Source: the human T2T-CHM13v2.0 reference genome, Homo sapiens
DNA: 64,000 bases
Assembly (NCBI RefSeq): GCF_009914755.1
Contig: NC_060939.1
Direction: 5' to 3' (one strand)
Shown: positions 1 to 14,156 of the stretch, piece by piece
Numbering within the stretch: position 1 is the stretch's first letter
Layout of the letters: each line of letters begins with the position of its first letter
Program-made: the position numbers and the translations under genes
The notes under the pieces: generated by a model
Told to the model about the DNA's origin: nothing
Databases searched by the model: none
What the model saw: only the letters and a program-made list of their open reading frames with translations

Positions 1-1000
<1,000 letters not shown>

Positions 1001-1146
1001 TAAAAGGGTGTTTGTTGTATGTAAATTACACCTTTAAAAAATATGTAAATGCTAGGGGAAGAGAAACCAAACCAAACCAAACCCTGTTCTTTGCTGGAGC
1101 TAGAAATCCAAGACTTACAAAGCAATAAACAATTGGACAATAAACA

Positions 1147-1410
1147 GGCTGGGCTAGATGGCTCATGCCTGTAATCCTAGCAGTTAGCGGGCCAGGGCCA
1201 GGTGGGAGGATCACTTGAGGCCAGGAGTTAGAGACCAGCTTGAGAAGGCCCTGTCTCTACAAAAAAAAAAAAAAAAAAAAAGCCAGGCATGGTGATCCTT
1301 TAAGCCTGGGAGGTTGAGGCTGCAGTGAGCCACAATCACTGCACTGCACTCCAGCCTGGGAGACAGAGTGAGACCCTGTCTCAAAACAAACAAACAAAAA
1401 ACAAAAAAAT
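1147..1410 (+). mobile_element. AluJ-like, internally deleted
   Basis: Alu arms; near-TSD ttggacaataaaca / ttgaacaataaaca. Confidence 0.85.
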
Positions 1411-2067
1411 AACTTGAACAATAAACAAAAAAATTACACTGAGATACAAATTTTCACTTTCCAGAATGTCAAAAGACCCAAAAGTTTAATAACACAGTGT
1501 ATTGACATGACTATGAGAAAAAAACACCACTGACAATGGGAGTGTAAATTGGTATAATCCCCAGAGAAGGTATTCTGGCAATATTTACTAAATTATAAAT
1601 GCTTTGATTTAGCAATTCCACTTCTAGGATTTTATCTTATAGATAAACTCTACCACAAATAGCACATGTTAAAGGTTATTCATTGCAAAAGTATTTAAAA
1701 TAGCAAAACACAAGAAATAATCAAAATGTCTATCGGTCCACGACAGGTTGAATAATTTATGATACATCCATACTGTGGAATCCTATGTAAGTACAAGAAA
1801 GCACAGGGAAAGGCTGTCTGTGGTAACATGGAAAGATCCTCAGTGGGTAATGTTAAGTGAAAAAGGCAACATTGTGTTTCTATGTTGCCATTTGTATAAA
1901 AACAGGAACAACAAAAACCCAGAAGATACATATTTGGATTTTCTTGCATATATTTTTTTTTAAAAAACAAAACCTTCAGGAAGAATTACCAAGAAACTAA
2001 TCGCAGGGGATGGGGGAAGGCATGGGAAATATGTGTGGAGGGAGAATTTTCATAATATGCTTTCCTA

Positions 2068-2712
<645 letters not shown>

Positions 2713-4581
2713 TACTTTTCAATAACATCAAAATAACACATTATATATTAATATATTAACTAGGATACTTAAACTATTATCATTATTCACCAGGTTATCT
2801 TGAAGAAAAATATAATAAGAAGTGTCTAGTCCGGTATAAGGACATATTTGGCACACAGTAATGGTTACTATTTCTATACCCTGCCCCTCAAATGCCCGCA
2901 CACAACCTGTCTGGTACTTCAGGTTCTAGTTCCCCGAAGCCCAGTTGCCTGACTGCCTCTTCCAGCTGTGCCCTTGCAGGGACTTCTCCTCTGCTGAATG
3001 ATTTTCCCCATCTCTTCTTATTGTCCACCTACTTGGTAGCTGGGATGTGGAGGACATCACCTCCTCAGGAAAGCCTTCTCTGATTGACACACACCCTCCT
3101 CCTCCCTCTTCACACCGACCCTTTAGGTGGCCCTTGTCCTTCCTCCCCTGTGGACTGCAGGGTCTGCTCAGTCCTCTGTAGTCCTGGAGTGCTGGCCAAG
3201 GATCGAGCTCCCCTCCACAGGGTGGGGATTCATGGCAGGGGCAGGCCTTACTCTCCACCTACACAGACATCCAGAAAAGTTTCGGTTTCCCCTAAACGTT
3301 ATGTTGATCTTCCCATGCTCACAAAGAAGAGTTTGGGTTTCCCCTAAGTTGTGATCTCATTTTTCCTGTCTTCCCTACCCTCCAGCCCTACCCCAGCCAA
3401 GGGGCCGTGCCAGCTTTCATGGTGAAGATGCCTGGGGTTTCCTGGGCAGCCCTTCATATACTGTGTAATAGCAATGGAAGGAATCCACAGGTGAATGCTG
3501 ATGCAGGAAGCTCCCAGTCCAGCAGGGAGGGCAGCCATATATGCAAGGAGCAGAAACACACAATGTGGAATGGGTGCAGAGAGCCAGGCAAGGGCACAGA
3601 GGACAAGTCTCACTGGGCCTCAAAGGGTGGCCACAGTGTGGCTGCGGGGATTGGAGGGCAGGCTTTGGAACAGACAGCCTCAGCTAGAAAGCCCTGGGAG
3701 GGCCCATGAGAGGCCTCCAAGTAGGCAAAGGGGCAACAGCAGGTGCAGCAGCCTGGGACTCTAGGAAGGGGCCCTGGAAACCTGAACCTCAATGGCCATG
3801 GCAGTGACAGAGGGGTCTGTGCTGGGCTTTAGGGAGGTGCCTCAGGCAATGTGGAGGACCTCCAGGAGGCGGGACAAGGCAGTGTCTGGCAAAGGCAGGG
3901 ACAGACAGCAAACAAGACAGAGCCAGGCACCCAGGAAGGGCAGAGACCCCTTGGGGGAGAGGGAAGTTGCGGTGCCACAGGACAGGCTGGGGGCTGTTCT
4001 TAAGGGGAGGCTTTGATTTTTGTGGTTTTGTTTTTCCCAGAAGTCTCTCCAAGGAGTAAGATTCCTTTCTTAGGACTCAAGAAGTCAGAGGCCCCCTTCT
4101 CTGGGGCCCCTGGGGTTTGGGCGAGAGTACTGGAGCAGAAAGCAGGGCTGGGCTGGGCCTGGGGCCAGACCTCAATGACTGTTTCCTTCCCGTCAGCGAG
4201 CGGAGAAGCAGTGACAGAGTGTACCAGGAGGGGAAGCTGACGGTGGCCCCAACTCCTCTCTTGAATGGGATATGACCACCCCACCTGCCCCTCAGTGTTT
4301 GCAGGACACTCTGGCACACTCATGCCTTCCTTTCCTGGTGAACCTGTATCCCACTACAAAGAGGAACAGAACTCCCCACCCAGCCCCACCCTTGCTTCCA
4401 GGGGCTTTGAGACACTCAGGAGAAGGAGCTTCAAATATTGTGAGGGTCTGTCTGTGTCAGCCACCAGGATGTCAATCCCTGCCTGGGCTGGCAGCATGGA
4501 CCTTGTGGACCCTCCTAGCCCACCCCATGCCCCCAGGAGCCCCGCTTGGCTTCTTCTCTTTTATACATTGTAAACACCACA

Positions 4582-4587
4582 TTTATT
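4582..4587 (-). terminator. STOML1: Proximal poly(A) signal of STOML1 (AATAAA)
   Basis: tttatt at 4582-4587, ~700 nt past the stop codon. Confidence 0.7.
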
Positions 4588-5281
4588 TGTCTGAGGCTTG
4601 CAAACCTCTGGTAAGAAGCACAGAACGCAGGGCTCTCCTTCATGCTGCCCTGGGCCCCAGCTCGCCAGGCATGCAGGACAGAGCTGGCAGATGAGTCAGA
4701 AATCTTTGGGAGCAGCGCCAGGGAAGCAGCAGGCCCTGCTCCTTCCCATGCCCAATCCCGCCAGCACGGGCCTGGACTGCAGCCAGGAAGGTGGGCCAGC
4801 CAGGATCCCCAGGTAACTTCGCCACAGGGACCTCTTCTTGGAGCTGCCTTCCCTTCCCTCCCCATCCCTCTCCAATCCCCGCAGAGCTTAGAGCCTGGGC
4901 CACATGCTTGGTCCCTCACACAAGGACCAAACCAGCTGCTGTCAGGCTGTTTCTGTGGGTCCTGTCTCTCCAGTCAGGAAGCCAGCAGGGCAGGGCAGGC
5001 CTGGCTCTCCTCCTGGAATCACACCGTGCACCCAGCTCAGCGCTGGGCACTCAGCTGGGGACCGGGATGGACAAAGCCTTGTCCAGAGAACCACTGTAGG
5101 GGAGACGTGCATGGCAGCCGGACTCAGCCTCCTGCAGCCTCCATTCATGGGCTCTTGGCTGGGCCTGAAATTTGTTAGGGCCTCAACTCTCTGTGGTGCA
5201 GATGAACACCTCCTCCTCCAAGAGGCCCCTCAGGCTTGGTGCCAGGCTTGGGACTGGGCTCTGGAAAGTCAGCCAAGGCTG

Positions 5282-5475
5282 CTACTTCAAGGCCCTGAGG
5301 ACAGCCTCCAGCTTCATGGCCATAGCCAGGTCGCCCTTCACCTTCAGCCGTCCACTCATGTAGGCCCCCAGGGGCCGCAGCTCTCTGCATAGCAGGGCCC
5401 GCAGGTCTGCCTCGGCCATCTCCACCACCACATCAGGGATGCCATCAGGCACCCCGTGTCCCACTCTTCCTCGTC
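5282..5475 (-). CDS. STOML1: STOML1 last coding exon (SCP2 sterol-carrier domain end, stop TAG)
   Basis: ORF 5282..5464 with SCP2 motif AYMSGRLKVKGDLAMAMKL; seven exons total 1197 nt = 398 aa + stop. Confidence 0.96.
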
Positions 5476-6003
5476 CTGTGGGGCAAAAGAAAACCGAGTG
5501 TCAGTAGGGGAATGGAGGAACGTGAAGGAGATCTATGGGGGTGGGAGGGGCTGGTATTTCCCATTGGGAGGAGAGTACTGGTTAAGAGTTTGGGTTCTAA
5601 TACCCTGGGTTTGAGTCTTATTGGCTGTGTGAACTCTTGGATCCTCAGTTTCCAAATCTGTGATGATAATTCCTTTAGAGATGACAATTCCTAAAGCATA
5701 GGCTCATGGTGAGAAGTGGGTGAGATAATGTACAAAAAGTACTTGGCACAGAGCCTGACAGGCAGCAGGCCTGTAACACGGGCAGGCCTCTTGGTATTGG
5801 AAGCCTGGCTGCATTGTCCTGCGGATGGCGGGGAGACCAGGGCATAGTTAATGCCTGGAAATGGTGTCTGAGCCCCTGCCTGCCATGGGTTCACCCCAAA
5901 TTATTGGCAGGAGCAGGGGGCAGTCTACGAGAGCACCACTGGGGTAGGTAACAAGAAACCTAGCAAGCTGGATGGGAAGGAGAGGCAAGGAGGGCAGCGG
6001 CAC

Positions 6004-6216
6004 CTGTAGTGAGGTCCAGGAAGTAGGCGCTTTGGGTGCCGCTGGGCAGGACGACATTGAACTGGTAGCAGGCCCCGACTTGGCTGACCAGGGCCTCAGA
6101 CAGGAAGGGCTGTAGAGCAGTCAGTAGCCCCTCCGCCAGAGGCTGCTTCGGACTGGACCTGGCACCAACTTGAGGGGCAGGTGGCTCAACTTCACTCACC
6201 ATCTCCACGGTGTCTG
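6004..6216 (-). CDS. STOML1: STOML1 coding exon 6 (linker + SCP2 domain start)
   Basis: ORF 5960..6208; CAGCAG tandem acceptor; donor CAG|GTGCCG; 213 nt. Confidence 0.94.
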
Positions 6217-6662
6217 CTGGGGGTGGCCAACAGGGTTGGGGAAGGAGGCAGAGAGGAGGTCATCGTGTTGCCAAGGTCAGGACCACTCACTGTGGCCTCT
6301 GCACCTTTTGTGGCAGTTTCCTCTTAGATCCCCTTCAGGCCTCTGTTCAACTTCCTCCTCTACCAGAAAGGTGCCCCTGAGTTTTCAGCCTAAACTGCAA
6401 ACTCAGTTTCTAAACTACTCCAGCCTCAGATATAAAATTCTTTCCAGCTGCCCTTCTGGTGATGTCGCCTCCTCCCATGGAGGCTGCCAATGGCCTCTAC
6501 ACACTCAGACACCTGGCCTCCTCTCACTGCCTTGGCTGTGGTCAGTGTGGGCTGAACATCTGTGCAGGGTGTGTACTGCACAGAGCTGCTGGGATAGTGA
6601 GCAAAGTCTGTGCTGGCACCAAGCTGGTAAACACCCCCGCTCTCCTCCCCAGGGCTCCTCAC

Positions 6663-6858
6663 CTGGCCCCGGGGACGGGGCACCTCCTGCCATTGAGTTC
6701 ATGCTTCCTCCCAGGAAGTGCAGGGCCAGCTGCTGGAGGGTGCTGTCCAGGTTGGGCCCAGCTGGGCTGTCCTGGGGCGGCTGGAGCACGGCCTCCACCG
6801 CCAGCTCCACGCGGTCTACCTCCAGCCCCCAGGCCCTGGTCACATCGTTGATCTCCAG
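6663..6858 (-). CDS. STOML1: STOML1 coding exon 5 (LEINDVTRAWGLEVDRVEL...PSPGP)
   Basis: ORF 6505..6843; WG-V-RVE stomatin motif; CAG acceptor, GTGAG donor; 196 nt. Confidence 0.96.
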
Positions 6859-9800
6859 CTGGAGGACAGTGTGAGGAGAAATGTAATTAATTCAACAAAC
6901 CTTTCCTGAGCACCTTCTTTGGGCAGACTGTGTGGCCGTGCATGGACATGGAGGCACCACACCGCCCTTGAGACACTCCTAGCCTGGGAACACAGGCAGA
7001 GGGCAATGACCTTTCAGCTGTGGTAAGTGCCAAGACAGAAGCAAGGCCTGTGGTGAGCCCCCAGCAGAGGAGGGTGGTGCCAGCAGGAGGGAGTCCTCAG
7101 GTGGAGGAGGACCCTTCCAGCAACAGGAACAGCATGTGCAAAACCCCAGACAAGAAAACCTGGCATGTTCGTGGAGCTGCGAGGAACCAGAGTTCCATTT
7201 AGCTGGACCCTCACATGTCGGCTGAGGACTGGAGACAGCTGAGGGGTCAGAGGTGGGGTGTTTCTGCTTACTTTGATTTATTCTGAGGCAACAAAGAGCC
7301 CCAGGGAGGAGTTTGAGCAGGGAGGTGATACAGCAGACTTGCTTTAAGGCAAGATCCTCCTGGCTGCTGTGGATGCTGGATTATAGGGGGCTGAGGGGAG
7401 GGATGGAGACCAAGGAAGACATTGTTTCAAAATACAGCCAAGGAATGATGCAGCTCTGGCGAGGGTGGAGGGGAGCTGTGAAGCCAAGATCCACTGAGGG
7501 AGGCATGCCTCTATCAACTGTACTGAGCCACAACAGGGCACTAGAGAAGTGCAAGCACCAGGCTCGGGGCTGCCTCGATGTGTGCAATGATATGAGAGGG
7601 GGCGGGAGTGGGGAGGAGTCAGGCTCCTGAATGGATGAGTGTGGCATTCACTAGAGAGGACACACGGGGGTGGGAAGGGAGGGATGGCAACTTTTTTTTT
7701 TTTTTTTACTACTGTAAGCTTGAGGTGTCTGTGGGGCAGTCAATTGTCCAGTAGGCAGCTGGAGAAATGGCCCAGGGTACAGAAGCATCAGGGCTAGGGC
7801 AGGACATTGTGAATAATCAGCATCCACAGGCAGCAGACAGCCCAGATGGATGAGCTCTCCCAGGGAGGTCACAGATGAGAAGAGGCCAGTGATGAAACCC
7901 TGGAAACTCAAGGGCAGGAGAATAAGTGGCAGTAACCAGGGATGACAGGGAAGGAGGAAGTACAGGGGGTTCTGGGGGCTGGGGGCTGGGTCGACCATGT
8001 CAAATGCTGCCACCAGGTGATGTAAGGGAAGGGCTGAGAGGTGCCCACTGGGCTGGCATGTGGGAGGTCACTGTGATGTTGGCCAGCGCTGTCTTGGGAG
8101 CCCAAGGAGGCCAGGATGAAGGATGTAGGGGCAGGGGCTGGGAGCATGGATGAAAGTCTTGCAGAAGAAAAGGGGAGAAAGGGAGTGGGAGCTAGAGGGC
8201 ACTGTGGCAAAGGGAGGGCACATTTCTACACAGAAAGGAGAGGTGACAGAGAGAGAGTGCATGGAGTGGAGGGAAGGCATCCTGGGATAGCAGGGGGCCC
8301 ACAGCACTGCGCAGTACAGGGATGAGCCTCAGAGAGGGGAGGCAGAAAGGCAAGGAGGCAGGAAAGCAGCACAGAGGCAGGTGGGTTTGAAGGGGTGAAA
8401 CTGGAGGAAGCAGAGTGCTCATCCTAGAGTTTTTCTCCTGAGTGTTAGGAGGCAAGGCCTGCTGCAGAGAGCAATGAGCAGTGGTGGGGCTGGAGGAGGG
8501 CAGTGAAGGGCTGAGGCAGCTGGCCTGGAGCACTGGCAGGTAAGGAGTGGTAACTGGCTAAGGAAGGTCCAGCAAGTGAGAGGTGGGGACTCTGATTTCT
8601 CTAGAAGAAAATCAGGCAAAAAGGGGCATGTGAATAAGTGTACGCCTGAACCAGGGCCTGAGGGCGGTGTGCTGGACCTCCTGAGGTTCTGTCTCAACCA
8701 CAGGCACAGCTCTCACTCTACCAGGTGCTCACTCAGTCTGGGAAATGGGACTTAAAGGACTCTCACATCCTGGTGTGGAACTGACCTCCCCAAACTGCCT
8801 GTCTCACATCAAAACAATGTGCAACAAGACTGAGATCAGTTTTCTCTTCCTAAAGGTGAATTAACACGGGGCATGGTTTTATGAATAAAAGTTGTTATCC
8901 ACTTGCTATCTGAGTTGTGTTAGATCAAGCACTGGATTGAGGGGCGATGGTGGGATGGAGGCAGGTGGTCTAGCTATGGCTCAGCTCTGCCCTTGACCAT
9001 AGCTCTCAGAGGCAAGTCAAATTATTTCTTAGCCTTAGCTTCCTCCCTCCAAAATAAAACAGTAGTACCGACTTGCAGCAAAAAATGTCAAGCTCAGAAA
9101 TGCTGGGCCAGACAAAAGGACTTTGTAAACCATAAACTGCTAAGCACGTAAGAGCTACTGTTAGGATCTCAAATAGTATTTCCTCAGGAATTTCCCCTCG
9201 CTGCTTCCAGTGGGACCTCCAGGACTGGCATTTATCCCATTCCCCCGACTGTCCTCTAACCTTGATTCCCCAGGGCAAAGCAGAGCCAAGAGGAATGGGG
9301 AGAAATGTCACCTACATTCCCCTGTCAGGACACAAGAGGAAGCACAAGTTGAGTGTGGCTGCAGGGGACACAACTCTGCATGTGTATTTATTTCTACCCC
9401 ATCTTGTAGCAGAAGAGATTTAGGGCAAACTCCAATATACACATGGAGAAGAGGCAGGAAAAAGATCCAAATGTCCTCATGTTCCTTTGTTCTGTTCCAA
9501 ACAAGGAAACAAAAATCACAAGCATGCACACGCTGCATGGTGAGCCTGGAATTCCCCAGCAGGTGACTGGGCTGGGAGGGTCCCTGCTCCATCACCCATC
9601 TGCCTGCCCCATGAGTCAGGCCCGGAATGAGAGCTGTAGAAGCCAGTGTCATCATGGCAGAGCAGTGAGGGGTAAAAACTAAGGGGCAGACCCCAAGAAT
9701 GTCTGCCGGGGCCACTTCCTCTTCTCAGGGACAAGTTTGCCCAGGATCGTTATGGTCTACGCCCACCTGCCATTCCTCAACTCATGGCCCCACCCAGGCA

Positions 9801-9943
9801 CTGGCTCTTCAAAGGTGGTTACACTATTGGGACATATGGTAAACTGAGGCCCAGAGTGGTCTGACTCTTTTCTCAAAGTGACCTGGCAGGTGGAGCCAGG
9901 CCGGTGCCACCCCTCAAGCTCCGTCTTGTGAGGGGCTGCCTAC

Positions 9944-10147
9944 CAGAAGCTGGTCGCTGATCTTGAGCTTCTCCATCTGGATCTCCCGCAGCGGCCTCTT
10001 GAGCAGGGCCTTGGTCATGGCGTTCTGGGCTGTCATGCGTGTGGCTGTGTTCAGGTCTTTCACAGTCATCACCGACAGCACCGGGTCCCAGATGCGAAAC
10101 TGGACATCGGCTCCCACGGACAGCACAGCCCCGTCCTTAGAGGCCAG
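9944..10147 (-). CDS. STOML1: STOML1 coding exon 4 (SPFH domain, LASKDGAVLSV...DQLL)
   Basis: ORF 9914..10177; CAG acceptor, GTAGG donor; 204 nt. Confidence 0.96.
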
Positions 10148-10452
10148 CTGTTGGGGGAGGCCATGAGAGAGAGACACTCAAGGGGCTGGGGGTGCAGGGA
10201 GGTCAGGCCCACTGGGGCCACCCAGCTTGAACCACCTGCTTGGCAGCTAGCTCCTCAAGGGCAAATGGTGTCACCAAGTATGTAGGGTTAGGTGTATGAA
10301 GCAAGGATGTCCTCCTAGCTTCCATCAATTTTCTGGTCTCTTCTTCCCCCTTCCCCCCTCAGATGGTGACTCACAGGCTGAGGTCCTGGCACCACAGTAC
10401 ATTCTGGACAGGCCCCCAGTTCCTCTGTCAAGGCAGCTGAGAAGCCCCTCAC

Positions 10453-10602
10453 CTTGCAGGGAGGGACGTTGAAGGCTCGTGTCCTCAGATCCACCCTCTG
10501 AAAGGAGTCAATGAAGGGCAAGAGCAGAACCATGCCAGGTCCCTGGGGGGTGCGGATCCGGCCCAGGCGGAACACAATCATCCGCTCGTAGGTGGGCACA
10601 AT
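10453..10602 (-). CDS. STOML1: STOML1 coding exon 3 (SPFH/stomatin domain start, IVPTYERMIVFRLGR...PPCK)
   Basis: ORF 10315..10599; stomatin signature YER-VFRLGR, GPG-LPFID; AG/GTGAG boundaries; 150 nt. Confidence 0.96.
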
Positions 10603-11695
10603 CTGTCCACAATGGCAAGGGAAAGAGTTGAAAGTGGTCAGCCTAGGCTGGCCAATGCTGTCTGCCTAGGTCCCTTCCTCACTTCTCTCCTCCTCACCTG
10701 GGTCACAGTTAGGTATCCCTAGCACTGTTTCCAGATGAGAAAACCAAGGCTCAGGGAAGCTAAGTGACTGCTCAAAAATTGCATAGCCCTAAGTGAAATA
10801 GTGAAGATTTGAATGCAGTTCTGAATAACTCCAAAGGCCATGTGTCTTAACCACTGCACTGTATTGACTTGATCCTTAGAGAAACTTTTCATCTCTGTGG
10901 TCTGAAGTTAGACATGACTCATACCAGGAAACTGTCTGTCCTTGGATTAGTTAGGAGAAAAGGCTCGGCTGCCCTAACAGCACCCCCGGGGAAAGGGCTT
11001 TGTCAACTTTAGGTCCCTGGACCTCCTAGAGAAGTAGTGATGTCCAAATTGAGAAATGAAGGCCCAGAGAGGCAAAGAAACCTGTTCAAGGTCACATGGC
11101 ATTTGTTTCTGTGGCAGTTTTAGAACTAGGATATAAGGCCATTTAAGGACCCCCTTGCAGACCACACCAAACCCAGAGGTTTTCTAGAGAGGGACTGTTG
11201 CCTAGGGCTACACAAAGGGCAAGGCCTCCTTGGGCTTCCACCTTCCCCCAGCTTTCACGTGCGATGCTGAACTATAGCTCCATGGTTCATCCTTTTCCCA
11301 CTGTACCACCCCTTATGGAAAATGAGGCCTGAATTCCTATTATGCACTACCAGCTGGGCTAAGTTGGGTGTTTTCATTTCTAATTTATTCTAACCCAAAG
11401 AGAAGATAATTTGGCAAAGACATCTGCGTGTACCTTAAAGCCAGTGTCCAGATCCCAGGACTTAGGAGTTTGGGACTTGCTTCTACCCCCTACTGGCTCC
11501 CAGTATGACTTTAGACAAGCCCAAGCCTTAGTTTCCTCCCCTGACCAATGTGAATGAATGGTTCTTGCCTAGCCCATTACACAAAGGGGTAATAATATTT
11601 AGGGAAAGGGGACAGAGGATAGGCAAATTTATTCATCAATGCCAAAGCTCTCAGTGTGGCCCAACCACCCTGGGGGCTGACCCAGCCAGCCTTAC

Positions 11696-11802
11696 CTTCA
11701 GGGCAAACCAGCCAGAAATGGGGAAGGTGACCAACAGCAGCAAGAACCCCAGGAAACTGATGAGGCCATGACAGAGGCAGGAGGGCCAGCTCTGGGGTAC
11801 AT
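11696..11802 (-). CDS. STOML1: STOML1 coding exon 2 (DVPQSWPSCLCHGLISFLGFLLLLVTFPISGWFALK; hydrophobic membrane segment)
   Basis: Manual translation; CAG acceptor (ct 11803-11804), GTAAG donor (11691-11695); 107 nt restores phase 0. Confidence 0.95.
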
Positions 11803-12410
11803 CTGCAGGTGAGAGCAGAGGTGGTCAACTGGACCTGCACGACAGCTGCCAAGCGGAGTGAACTTGGGCAAGTGTACCTTACGCCCACCTTCCCCTCGAG
11901 AGGCTCCTTCCTTCTCAGGGCTCTCAATCTGGCTCCTTGCCTAATATTCCCGTATCTTTGGGCAGCTGCAAGTTAGGGTCTGTTCCCTCCTCCCATACAT
12001 CAACACTCATTTGTCCCAAGTCCAACAACCCTCACAAGGCCTTATTCTCTGCTAGGCAACAGCCATTCAATCTCAGAATCCAGTCCGCGTGATGATGCTC
12101 TCCTCACTGGACTGAGTAGGGGTCAATCCTCTCGTTTAATTTATATTGCCTACCCATACCTGGCATGGAGCCAGGAGCACCTGGGCATCTGTAAACATGC
12201 ACTGAATACTGCTGGCAAAACACATTCCTCCTATACCATCAGCCCCAGAAGTGTGCTTTCCAGGAGTCCTTATGAAGATGATGCCTTAGCCTACAGGGAT
12301 AAATCATAAATAGCTTATCAACGGGAGCCACAGATGAGGAATTAGATTATTATTTTCTATTCCACACCCAACTTTAATGCCTTAATGACCATTAAAAAAT
12401 GCCTATTTCA

Positions 12411-12503
12411 CGAGATGGCGCCACTGCACTCCAGCCTGGGGGACAGAGCGAGACTCCATCTCAAAAAAACAACAAACAACAAAAAACAAAAACAAAAAAA
12501 AAC
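12411..12503 (+). mobile_element. 5'-truncated Alu (3' end only) with TSD
   Basis: Alu 3' end + A-rich tail; TSD tgcctatttca at 12400-12410 and 12506-12516. Confidence 0.88.
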
Positions 12504-13249
12504 CCTGCCTATTTCAATTCAAGAAAATTGTTAGGGGTCGGGGTCAGGGGCAGGGCTAGAAAGATGAGGCTTATCCAAGCCAAATGTCCTGGCCCCTGGA
12601 GATTCAGGAGCCCAAGTTGGGAGCAAAGCCGAGACAGCTCCAGAATCTGGGATGAGGTTATTTGCCGCTTTCCTCCCAACCCTGGACAGGAAGCAGTCGG
12701 GAGCCCTGCTCCATTCTTCCAGGAAGCCCTGCCCTCTGGGCTAAGCCCCAGAGCACTGAGGCTCCACTTTGTGCCTGGCTCTGATCCACCAGGCCTCTCA
12801 AGAGACTTCTGGATAGGGAGAGCTTTCAGGACAGGAAGGCCAGGGAGGGATCAAATCCAAGGTTAGGCGGTTAGGCTGAACAGCGTGGGATCTGGCCTGT
12901 AGGCCAAAGGAGCCACAGAAGACTTTGAGGGCAAGACAGAAGCAGGGCAGATCCAACAGGCAGCTGAGGACCTGTCATTTTGGCCTGCACATCCAGGAGA
13001 TGCCTAGTTCCCGGGCTTCTAGAGGTGCCCCCTAGGGCGAAAATTCTTCCATTTCCCTGCAGCAGGTGCCTTTAGGGTGCTGGTGGCCTCCTCTGCCTAG
13101 ACCTCGGTTTCTTCTATGCGAAATAGAAACCTGAAACGTCTTCCCAGGCCTAAAGGGCTGATAAGAGCCGAGGACAAATGTGGTGAGGTGAGGTTTTGGA
13201 AGATAGGAGCAACGCTGGCTGGCTCTGGGGCCAAAGCCCCATGACCCTA

Positions 13250-13830
13250 GGGAGGGCGGATCGGCGCTAGCACCAGGCGCCGGGTCCAGCCCCCTCTCCA
13301 CATCGTATCCCTTTCTCAGTCCCCCCTCGTAGGGTGCGACGGCACCGGGCCGGCCGACTCCTCGGAGGCAGAGATTCGGGCCTGGGGGTTGCCGGCCGGT
13401 CCCCCCCGGGTCCGCCGTGCCAGGCGGCCACTCACCGGCCCCTGTCCCCACGCCGCCCCGCTCCGGGGACAAGCAGCCCTTCTGCGAGCCCAGAAAGCCG
13501 AAGCTCGACTGCTGGAAGCGGTCAAAATCACCCAGGGGCAGCGCCCGGTACCCAGACCTGCCGAGCATGGCTTTTGACAGGAGACACGCCCCGCGCCTCC
13601 GCGCGGCGCCCTCCCTGGCCAGTGGGCCCTACGCGGCCCCGCCCTCCTGGCTGCTGCTTCCGGCTTCACCCGCGCGGCCACCCGCGGCGGCGCGGGCGCA
13701 GGAAGAGGAGGCCGGCCGGGGCCCGCTTCCGCCGTCGCATGGCTCCCCCTGCGCTGGGAGGACCGAACTGCAGCCCAGGGCTACTGGGTGTGATCGGCGT
13801 TCCTCGGAGCCCGCTGGGGTCATCGCCTCC
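13250..13830. promoter_or_regulatory. STOML1: CpG island / STOML1 promoter
   Basis: High GC, dense CpG, GC boxes around and upstream of the STOML1 ATG. Confidence 0.85.
13436..13568 (-). CDS. STOML1: STOML1 coding exon 1 (aa 1-44, GYRAL GYxxPhi sorting motif)
   Basis: ORF track MLGRSGYRALPLGDFDRFQQ...; ATG at 13568-13566; donor G|GTGAGT (ctcac 13431-13435); 133 nt; lies in a CpG island. Confidence 0.97.
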
Positions 13831-13871
13831 TCCCCTCTTCTCCTACTCAGCCCTAGAAAAGCTGGAGGGGA

Positions 13872-14156
<285 letters not shown>

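Noticed and set aside
6170-6874. 234-aa plus-strand ORF antisense to STOML1 exons 5-6
   Set aside because: Non-ATG start, no domain, mostly the shadow of coding exons
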